Assembly: GCA_963674745.2 (NCBI GenBank)
Contig: CAXXDV010000001.1
Location: 480,001 to 544,000 of the forward strand
Reading direction: 5' to 3'
Length of the DNA: 64,000 nt
Source: Desulfosudaceae bacterium
Lineage (GTDB): Bacteria > Desulfobacterota > Desulfobacteria > Desulfobacterales > Desulfosudaceae
In this document: one piece after another, positions 56,957 to 64,000 of the stretch
How the letters are laid out: the number at the start of each line of letters is the position of its first letter
Numbering within the stretch: position 1 is the first letter of the stretch
Program-made: the position numbers and the translations under genes
Notes under the pieces: generated by a model
The model's database searches: none
Seen by the model: the letters and a program-made list of their open reading frames with translations, nothing else
What the model was told of the DNA's origin: nothing

Positions 56957-58300
56957 TTATTCGTTCCACCATGACGGCTCGTAAACTTCAGTAGTAACAG
57001 GAATCGTCCACCTGGAAAAGAATTCCCAGATCCTTCGGGCGTAATCAGACTGGCTGGCAACGCCGTCTTTGCCACCCATCAGCGGACCCTCGAAACCATG
57101 GCCCTGCGAGTTGAGTATCTGGCGGACTTCCACACCGCCGGCACAATCCTGGTAGGCGCGTATCCATTTATAGTCCAGATGATCCTGCGACCGAGTCGAG
57201 TCGCTGTTATCGGCGAGTACGGTGTATTCACCCGTGCATTCATTCACTTCGGCCCAGCGGTGCCATCCCCTGTAGCCCCCATTGGACTGAGACCCAATAA
57301 TCGTGGTAGCGCACACATCATTCCAGCAATTCACCTGGTCATTGTATCCATGAATGCCCAGAAAAGGCACAGGGTGGTAACCGCTGTCGCCTTTGTGGTT
57401 CAGTGCATTATTTTTCAGCCATTGGTCAAAGGCAAAGGAATTGGCCGAGATCGCCGCGATGTGAGCGGGTGCCCGGTAGCCCAGGTAGTGGCTCATGGCG
57501 CCGCCGTTGGAAAACCCCATGGCATAGATCTTTCTGGCATCAATCCGGACGTTGTCCTTGATGTAGTCTATCATTTCCGTAATAAAGGCGACATCGTTTA
57601 TGCCATTGTCTTTAGCGTACCCACAACAGGTCCCGCCATTGAACGAGTCATTGAAACCCTGGGGCCAGGCAACAATGAAGCCCTTCGTCGCTTGCGCCAG
57701 GGCCCGCATCCCCGAAGACCCTTTCTGGGTTTCTTTGTTCGCATACAAAGAATGGATGTCGACTATCAGAGCAGGCCTTTCAACGATCTCCGGGGGGATA
57801 TAGACATCAAATATCCTTTTGCCTTCAGGTCTCTGGATGGAACAGCCGGCGTTCATCCCCTCATACAGGTTGCCGTCAGGAGCGAATACAGGAGCGCCCG
57901 TAGCCATGGGCTCCACTGTAAAAGCCGCTTTCTGCTCGAGGCTGTAACTGTCATTATAAAAAAGCCGCGCCTCGTAGCTGCCGACGTCCAGGCCCTGGAA
58001 GTACATGATTCCGTTGGACTCACCGTCCGTATAAAACCATTCCCCGTAGTCGTGGTTGTCGGCTCCCGCCGGGTAAATCGATATCCAGTTTTTTTGCCCC
58101 CCCGGAAGATTGGCGAAGTAGACAACGATCCTTTCACCCTCTAAATAGACGTTCCTGCCCGTTTCCAGGCGTGGTGATCCGGAGGGCGGTGGCGGCGGCG
58201 GTTCAGGCCCTAATGCAAGCACAGCCGCTGAAGGCAGGAGCAGGAACAGGGTGATCGTTGACAGGATAAACGATTTTTTTAACAAGCTTTTTTTCTTCAT
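56957..58300 (-). CDS. Secreted PHB-depolymerase/LpqP-like esterase with N-terminal Ig-like (SKICH-like) domain
   Basis: 29-aa signal + GPEPPPPPP; FIVAWPQG, FNGGTCCG, NDVAFI, GFSNGG, HGYND, GHG. Confidence 0.82.
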   Translation of the reverse strand: MKKKSLLKKSFILSTITLFLLLPSAAVLALGPEPPPPPPSGSPRLETGRNVYLEGERIVVYFANLPGGQKNWISIYPAGADNHDYGEWFYTDGESNGIMYFQGLDVGSYEARLFYNDSYSLEQKAAFTVEPMATGAPVFAPDGNLYEGMNAGCSIQRPEGKRIFDVYIPPEIVERPALIVDIHSLYANKETQKGSSGMRALAQATKGFIVAWPQGFNDSFNGGTCCGYAKDNGINDVAFITEMIDYIKDNVRIDARKIYAMGFSNGGAMSHYLGYRAPAHIAAISANSFAFDQWLKNNALNHKGDSGYHPVPFLGIHGYNDQVNCWNDVCATTIIGSQSNGGYRGWHRWAEVNECTGEYTVLADNSDSTRSQDHLDYKWIRAYQDCAGGVEVRQILNSQGHGFEGPLMGGKDGVASQSDYARRIWEFFSRWTIPVTTEVYEPSWWNE

Positions 58301-58375
58301 GATTGTTTTCTCCCTGTATAAAATCATTTCCATTGATGGAACCATGGAGATGGTTTTATGCGGCTAAAGATTGCG

Positions 58376-59692
58376 TTAATTGAAATTAGTCACAAACCCG
58401 AACGGCTGGGTGTAGGAATCGCCCTTTTTGCCGTCCAGTACGGCGCGGACGAACGGTTGATGGGTGTAATCTTCATAATCGAAGGTCGTTCCGGTTCCGA
58501 CGGTTGTCGTGCCGGGGCCGACCCAGTAAATCTGCTGATACCCCGTGGCGGATATCGTGATCGTCTTGGCGGCCTCGTCCACGATGATGCTGTTGATGCG
58601 CGGCACTTTCGCCTCGCCTGACCCGCCTGGTTCCATACAGAAATAAAACGCACCGTCCTGCATGCATTGCCTGAGTTCGGTCTCGGTGAGCGCCGGCATC
58701 AGCATAAACTGGAAGGCATGGTAAAGGTCATCTGAAGTGTGTTTATCATCGTTTGCAAAGCCCCAGACCATTTTGTCTTCGTATGGAAATATGTACTCGT
58801 TGATGTTGTCCCATAAATAACGGTCATCCTGGTAATAATCATCCCGGTTGATCACTTCCAGGCCGATGCAGGTGTCGTAATCGCTGTACCAGTGGATGTA
58901 CCACTCCCATTCCGACGGCACATGGTATCTTCCCGGATGGGCGATAAAGGACAGGCCGCCGCTTGACTGGACGTGGGGGATGCCGTTTTGGAGATTACTG
59001 CTGGAAGTTGAAAAGTTGAACAAAGCATTCATGTGGTGTGAGTTCGAATATTCATCGCCTTTCACTGCCAGCATATTCAAAGAAGACGGATTTCTGCCAT
59101 AGTCCGTCCAGGGCCAGGTGATCGCGTTGTGATCCGTCAGGGCAAGGATTTTGTACCCGGCCGAGTGATATTGATCGATGGTTTGGGCCGGACTGTGATC
59201 ACCGTCGCTCTCGGTGGTATGGGTGTGAAAGTTGGCCTTGTACTGATTGTAAGTCGACCAGTTTACCCCGTCATAGGGATTCAGGGTGCAGTCCACCTCC
59301 GGATCACCTCCGGCAACGACCGTAAACGACACCTCTGTCTCAAGGTTGTAACTGTCGTCATAGAAAAGCCTGGCCTCGTAACTGCCGGGGGGGTGGAAAT
59401 TGAAGTACATCGTACCGCTCGTCGCACCGAGCGTATAATACCACTCCCCGTAGTCAGTGTTATCGGCTCCGGCTTCGTAAATACCGATCCAGTTTCTGTC
59501 GCCACTTGAAACATTGCTGTAGTTGACAACGATTGTCTCGTATTCCGCATAGACCGACTGGCTCATTTCCAGTTGTGGTTCCGGAGGTGGCGGCGGGGGC
59601 GGGAGAGCGAATACAGCGGCTGATTGTAAAACGAGAAAAAGGGTAAGCAACGACAAAACAAACGATTTTGTCAGCAGTCTTTTTTTCTTCAT
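58376..59692 (-). CDS. Secreted PHP-family phosphoesterase with N-terminal Ig-like (SKICH-like) domain
   Basis: 29-aa signal + LPPPPPPPEP; NFHTHTTESDG, LTDHN, AHPGR, GFANDDKH. Confidence 0.82.
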   Translation of the reverse strand: MKKKRLLTKSFVLSLLTLFLVLQSAAVFALPPPPPPPEPQLEMSQSVYAEYETIVVNYSNVSSGDRNWIGIYEAGADNTDYGEWYYTLGATSGTMYFNFHPPGSYEARLFYDDSYNLETEVSFTVVAGGDPEVDCTLNPYDGVNWSTYNQYKANFHTHTTESDGDHSPAQTIDQYHSAGYKILALTDHNAITWPWTDYGRNPSSLNMLAVKGDEYSNSHHMNALFNFSTSSSNLQNGIPHVQSSGGLSFIAHPGRYHVPSEWEWYIHWYSDYDTCIGLEVINRDDYYQDDRYLWDNINEYIFPYEDKMVWGFANDDKHTSDDLYHAFQFMLMPALTETELRQCMQDGAFYFCMEPGGSGEAKVPRINSIIVDEAAKTITISATGYQQIYWVGPGTTTVGTGTTFDYEDYTHQPFVRAVLDGKKGDSYTQPFGFVTNFN

Positions 59693-59758
59693 TATATTCA
59701 CCTTTGCTGAATTGTGGAATTGGTTTTGGTCGATACAGATTTCCTCTAATCTTTAATA

Positions 59759-59876
59759 AGCATTATTTGTGCCAAAAAATTAATATACACTTTTCAGTTG
59801 GTTACAATTTTGCCAGGAAAATAATTATTAAATAGGGAAATAATTATTACGAAATAGAGAAATGCGTCTCTATTTC
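59759..59876 (-). promoter_or_regulatory. sigma54 promoter cassette P5
   Basis: TGGCACAAATAATGCT (59759-59774); TTTCAGTTGGTTA at 59792; AAATAG at 59830 and 59852; perfect palindrome GAAATAGAGA-N6-TCTCTATTTC. Confidence 0.87.
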
Positions 59877-59956
59877 ACAACTAAGAAAGGGAGCAATGAA
59901 GAGCGGGAATATATGATTACAATTGAATTTTCCAGCCAGCGCAGAAATCATGAAAC

Positions 59957-59992
59957 AAAACGGCCGCGGGGCATAAACCTCGCGGCCGTTTT
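59957..59992 (-). terminator. Intrinsic terminator
   Basis: AAAACGGCCGCG...CGCGGCCGTTTT with T-tract on both strands. Confidence 0.75.
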
Positions 59993-60061
59993 CAGTTGAT
60001 TTGCCGGATACGGCATTTATATTTTACCGGATCTTTGCGCCGCAAATGCCGGCAAGCGGTT

Positions 60062-61561
60062 TCAGGGCATCAGGTATGTTGTTGCCCCCAGTCCAAATGT
60101 CGGCCCGGCCAGGGTCGTCATTTTCAGGTTGGTCAGGTCAAACAGCGTGGTGCTTTGCTCGACACCGTCGGCGGGGCCCTGGTTGTTGGCTTCATACATC
60201 CAGTTGATGAAGTCAAAAGCCTTGTTGTAGTCATACGTTCCGTAATCCTGCCTGAGCAGGTCGATCATGCCGTTATAGCGAACATCCGAATCGCCATCGA
60301 CATAGGTGCCGGTAAGCGAATTCATATCAAAGGTGAGAAAATGATTGGTCTGTATCAGGGCGTCGCTGTAATTTTCCTGCTGGTCAATACCAAATAAAAT
60401 GGGCACGAGAACATTCTGCTGATGGTTCAAGTACCTGCAGGCGTAATTGTGCGCCGACACCTCCATGGACACGCCCCCCCGGTTCGCCCCTTTGCCGTCG
60501 GCAATGGCGTACATCCAGGAAGCCCCCCGCTTGGAATTTTTGATCATCGAAACCGCCTCGGGCAGTTCATCAGCCTTTTCCAGGACCCGGCGGGCGGTCA
60601 GCAGGCAGCCCATACCGACATCACCGGGCGTGCAATCAAAGGTCGGCACCATGTCCATGCCGATGCCGAGGCCTTTTTCATTCATTCCGGCGAAGGACCC
60701 TACCAATCCGGCCACAGCGACACTGACCATCCGGTTTCTGTTCTTGCCGAAGGTCTCAATAATAACCGGATGGTCGGAAAAACCGGCCCCGCCGAACATG
60801 AAATCCCGGCCAAAATAGAGATTGTCCGTAATGGTGGCGTTACCATCCAGGATATGCGCGTTGCAGGACAGGTTAAGGGTATCAACCAGTTCCCCGGTCT
60901 TGACCAGAGTGACCATAATCGGATAACCGGCGCTTAAAAAGGCGTCAAAACCCACATTGAGAAGCAGGACATCTTCGTAAGGAAGATCTACCCCTCGTGC
61001 CCGGGCGCCGTCGGAAATGCCGCGCATTTCGTCTCTATATTCCTGTGGAATATACTTTTCATTGTACAACGAAATTTGCTTGAAAGTGAAAAGCAGTATG
61101 TCCGCGATAGACGTATCGGGATAATCCGAGATTTCCAGGCCCAGAAATTCCAGGAGCACTGCCGCTATCGGCTCCAATAATATGTCCGTCGGAATGCCTC
61201 CATGCCCGCCTATCATGCTTTCGCCGATACTGATATAAAAATCCTCACAGGCAACTGCCTTGCATTTTTCCGGAATCAGGTATCCCTGCTGGAAGCCCAT
61301 TTCATATCCGCTGCCTTCCAGGTGAAGAAAGGGCTGCTTATGCCCCGCATCCGTGACAATATATTCCAGGTATCCTTTCCCGCCGGGCGCGTATGTACGA
61401 TCGACCCGGAGGCCGGGTTGGGGTTCAGGCGTGGCCTGGGGTGGCGGTGGCGGTGGCGGTGGCTTGGGTGCAAACGCAAAAGCAGTGATTGTCTGAAAAA
61501 ACAGAAACAGGATTAGCATTGATAGAACCATCGCTTTTGTAAACAGGCTTTTCTTACTCAT
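60062..61561 (-). CDS. Secreted C45/Ntn-hydrolase, copy 2 (close paralog of 38396-39895)
   Basis: Long identical stretches with copy 1; NLS|CNAHILDG; ATG 61561 with AAGGAG RBS. Confidence 0.82.
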   Translation of the reverse strand: MSKKSLFTKAMVLSMLILFLFFQTITAFAFAPKPPPPPPPPQATPEPQPGLRVDRTYAPGGKGYLEYIVTDAGHKQPFLHLEGSGYEMGFQQGYLIPEKCKAVACEDFYISIGESMIGGHGGIPTDILLEPIAAVLLEFLGLEISDYPDTSIADILLFTFKQISLYNEKYIPQEYRDEMRGISDGARARGVDLPYEDVLLLNVGFDAFLSAGYPIMVTLVKTGELVDTLNLSCNAHILDGNATITDNLYFGRDFMFGGAGFSDHPVIIETFGKNRNRMVSVAVAGLVGSFAGMNEKGLGIGMDMVPTFDCTPGDVGMGCLLTARRVLEKADELPEAVSMIKNSKRGASWMYAIADGKGANRGGVSMEVSAHNYACRYLNHQQNVLVPILFGIDQQENYSDALIQTNHFLTFDMNSLTGTYVDGDSDVRYNGMIDLLRQDYGTYDYNKAFDFINWMYEANNQGPADGVEQSTTLFDLTNLKMTTLAGPTFGLGATTYLMP

Positions 61562-61613
61562 TCTTTTCTCCTTCGGTCTATTGGTTGTTTGGATGTTGAA
61601 CACTCAAGGGATG

Positions 61614-63245
61614 TCACGGCAAAGACCACTGGGAAAGAAAATCCCATATTGTCCGGGTGACATCGATTCCCTGGTCATTTTGACCGTAAGTTGCATGGTT
61701 GATGCCGATCTTCAGCATTTCTGTCGTAACGCCGCCGTCACAGTTACAATAGGTTTTACGCCATGAAGGCAATAAGATCGGATTGGGTGAAAAATAATAC
61801 TCGGTCTCATAGCCGCCCTGGCACCCGTTGATTTCCGCCCACCTGTGGAAACCGGGTTCAATCGTGCCGGTAATGGGCATGAATATCGGCAGCACTTCAT
61901 CACGATTGCCGAGAACCATCATTATCGGTACCGGACGGGCCGGGGTGTCCCAGATGACCCAGCGGGAAAACGAGTGGGCCGTAGGAACGAGCGCGGCAAA
62001 GACGTCGGCCTGCTTCAGGCCGAGCTGATGAACCATGCCGCCGCCGTTGGAATGGCCCTGGGCATAGATGCGGTCGGTATCCACGTCCGCCCTTGCCGCG
62101 ACCCAAAGCACCAGGCTCCGCAAAAACCCGGAATCATCCAGGCCCACACCCAGAACATCTGATGCGGGCGGGCAGCAGATAACGCCATTCCAGGCGTTAG
62201 ACCATCCCTGCGGCGCGACCCAGACAAACCCTTTTTCTTCTGCCAGCGCCTTGAAACCGTGCCACTGCGTGCCTTCTTTCGTCCCGCCCATGCCATGCAG
62301 ATCCAGCAGCAGCGGGGCCGGACCGGTCAGGTTGTAAGGGACATAAACATCGACATACCTTTCCGTATTCCAGCCGTCTTTATAATGGTAGACGAGATTT
62401 TGATGGAAGCCGGGCTCAAGAGGTTCAGGGCCGGGAAGAATTTCCACCGTGAACATGTCGTTGGGCTGGCTGATGGCGCTGCTGCAGGCGCAGACTTCGT
62501 CGTCGTAGCGGACTTTCACGTTTTTACCATGATAGCCTAAGAGTCCTATGCTGTCGCCGTCCTGCAGGCAACCTCCCGGGTTGCTCAGGTTGATCAGCTT
62601 GAATCTTTCCCATTTCCCGGCCTCGATCCGGTCGGCATCAAGGTCGCCGTCAGGCCGGGCACTGAAATAATGCCTGGCAGTGGTGCGGATATTAACGGTT
62701 GTCCCGTCCCGCAAACCGTCACTGCCGCTGATGATGAACATCTCTTCCACCCAGTCGTCGGCAATGTTTCTGTTGGCTTTAATGTTTTGTCCTCCACTGG
62801 TGGTTTGCACCCCGACATATTTGCCATTGCGTTGAGAAAGAAAAGAAACATACTTTTGGGTAACCGCTTCCGCCGGCTCCAGGGGTTCGACTGTAAAAGC
62901 CACCGTATACTCAAGATTGTAGCTGTCATTATAGAAAAGCCTCGCCTCGTAACTGCCGGCGTCCAAACCCTGGAAGTACATGGTTCCGCTCGAAGCACCA
63001 AATGTATAATACCATTCCCCGTAGTCGTAGTTATCGGCGCCCGCTTCGTAAATCGATATCCAGTTTTTTTCGCCATCCGGAAGATTGCTGTAATTGACAA
63101 CGATCGTTTCGCCCGGCACATAGACCGTATCGCTCATTTCAAGCCGTGGTTCAGGCTCTGCAAATACACCCGCTGACTGGAGAAGCAGAAAAAGGGTAAT
63201 CAATGACATGGTTGCTGTTTTTGTTAACAAGCTTTTTTTCTTCAT
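61614..63245 (-). CDS. Secreted PHB-depolymerase/LpqP-like esterase with SKICH-like and fascin-like domains
   Basis: 29-aa signal; Ig-like domain; beta-trefoil repeats (NGKYV..., ANR, ADRIEAGKWERFKL); DLHG, WNGVICC, GHSNGG. Confidence 0.8.
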   Translation of the reverse strand: MKKKSLLTKTATMSLITLFLLLQSAGVFAEPEPRLEMSDTVYVPGETIVVNYSNLPDGEKNWISIYEAGADNYDYGEWYYTFGASSGTMYFQGLDAGSYEARLFYNDSYNLEYTVAFTVEPLEPAEAVTQKYVSFLSQRNGKYVGVQTTSGGQNIKANRNIADDWVEEMFIISGSDGLRDGTTVNIRTTARHYFSARPDGDLDADRIEAGKWERFKLINLSNPGGCLQDGDSIGLLGYHGKNVKVRYDDEVCACSSAISQPNDMFTVEILPGPEPLEPGFHQNLVYHYKDGWNTERYVDVYVPYNLTGPAPLLLDLHGMGGTKEGTQWHGFKALAEEKGFVWVAPQGWSNAWNGVICCPPASDVLGVGLDDSGFLRSLVLWVAARADVDTDRIYAQGHSNGGGMVHQLGLKQADVFAALVPTAHSFSRWVIWDTPARPVPIMMVLGNRDEVLPIFMPITGTIEPGFHRWAEINGCQGGYETEYYFSPNPILLPSWRKTYCNCDGGVTTEMLKIGINHATYGQNDQGIDVTRTIWDFLSQWSLP

Positions 63246-63337
63246 GCTTCCCCCCTATTTAAGTAATATTTTACGCAGGGTAATTGATTCTGACGAAGTT
63301 CTATAAAAATATGGAGACCGCTTATTCACCATAATAG

Positions 63338-63459
63338 AGCATTAATCGTGCCAAATAAAAAAATATATTAAATTCAATGACTTAAAAGTATTAATGGTAT
63401 TAAGATGTGAGATGGGGAATTTTTTTGCTGTTAAATAGGGAAATCTTCTCTATTTAACA
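63338..63459 (-). promoter_or_regulatory. sigma54 promoter cassette P6
   Basis: TGGCACGATTAATGCT (63338-63353); ATTCAATGACTTA at 63372; palindrome TGTTAAATAG-N11-CTATTTAACA (63429-63459). Confidence 0.87.
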
Positions 63460-63488
63460 ATTAGAAAGGTATTATCGATGATAATGTA

Positions 63489-63520
63489 AAATGCCCTTCT
63501 GGAGACTCAAAAGGGCATTT
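63489..63520 (-). terminator. Hairpin after PilZ gene
   Basis: AAATGCCCTT...AAGGGCATTT. Confidence 0.55.
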
Positions 63521-63614
63521 AAGGCTTATTTCTTGACCGTTATTGATCGTATAAGTTTTTAGATCAATATGTTATACATATCTGATCCGGATATTATAAA
63601 TCCGGGGACACGGC

Positions 63615-63923
63615 CTACACATACTGCACCCCGCATCCATACAGACGCGATCCGCTTGCCTCTTTTTTTGCGCACCACTTCACTTCCGCCTGGCGCGAAT
63701 CATCGGAACTGGAACCAATCGGGGCAATCGCCGGGATCTTGTTTGCTTTGACGCGGATATATTCCCCGGGATCCAAAGGGCCGGAAACTTCAAAAAAGAG
63801 CCCCCCCACACTGAAATTCTTCATCAGCACGGAAGAGGGCATAAGGGCTGTTTCCCTTAATATGACAACTACCGCTTCGCACCCGAACCTGAAGTGTTTA
63901 CGGCGGTCTTCATATCCAGTCAT
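63615..63923 (-). CDS. Stand-alone PilZ domain protein
   Basis: RKHFR (RxxxR), NFSVGG (D/NxSxxG), AEVKWC, YGCGVQY. Confidence 0.85.
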   Translation of the reverse strand: MTGYEDRRKHFRFGCEAVVVILRETALMPSSVLMKNFSVGGLFFEVSGPLDPGEYIRVKANKIPAIAPIGSSSDDSRQAEVKWCAKKEASGSRLYGCGVQYV

Positions 63924-63977
63924 TTCGATATCCCCCTGTTGACAGCTGTTCCCTGAAAATACTTCGTATCCAGATTT

Positions 63978-63993
63978 AGCATTAATCGTGCCA
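63978..63993 (-). promoter_or_regulatory. sigma54 promoter P7 (upstream cassette cut by window edge)
   Basis: Exact TGGCACGATTAATGCT on minus strand, 55 bp upstream of the PilZ start. Confidence 0.85.
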
Positions 63994-64000
63994 AATAAAT

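Noticed and set aside
57098..58144. Long plus-strand ORFs opposite real genes (also 24096-25157, 10218-11057, 9066-9749)
   Set aside because: Fully antisense to well-supported CDS and without recognisable domains
61440..61463. (GGTGGC)x4 and similar G/C-rich microsatellites as phase-variation switches
   Set aside because: They encode the poly-Pro tracts; unit lengths of 3 or 6 keep the frame, so slippage only changes tract length
1..64000. tRNA, rRNA, CRISPR-Cas, integrase/transposase, prophage or recognised defence genes
   Set aside because: None detected by eye; a short ncRNA could be missed without covariance-model searches

Overview
Bacterial chromosomal window, most likely from a sulfate-reducing Desulfobacterota (Desulfobacterales-like) organism. 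That assignment is inferred from gene content, sigma54 activator expansion and REP types, not from a marker gene. About 50 CDS are present; I saw no rRNA, tRNA, CRISPR array or transposase. The dominant theme is an apparently undescribed lipid/polyester-scavenging regulon with three parts. (i) Three tandem A+B pairs of GAF-GAF-AAA-HTH sigma54 activators. (ii) Seven copies of one sigma54 promoter (TGGCACGATTAATGCT), six inside a position-conserved ~115-bp cassette: -24/-12, an IHF-like site, two AAATA half-sites 22 bp apart and an inverted half-site. (iii) Exported hydrolases: lipase with its foldase, carboxylesterase, two C45/Ntn amidases, two PHB-depolymerase-like esterases, a PHP phosphoesterase, a HAD phosphatase and a GH31. 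Six of them share an exactly 29-aa signal peptide, and most begin with a poly-proline tract. Around these are beta-oxidation genes, lipid-binding proteins (START, SCP2, two orphan TRAP DctP) and three c-di-GMP receptor-like proteins. The window also holds a translationally coupled AAA ATPase / HExxH-vWA / 28-aa-repeat operon, a frameshifted lnt, a MITE, a REPIN and a decayed flavoprotein fragment.
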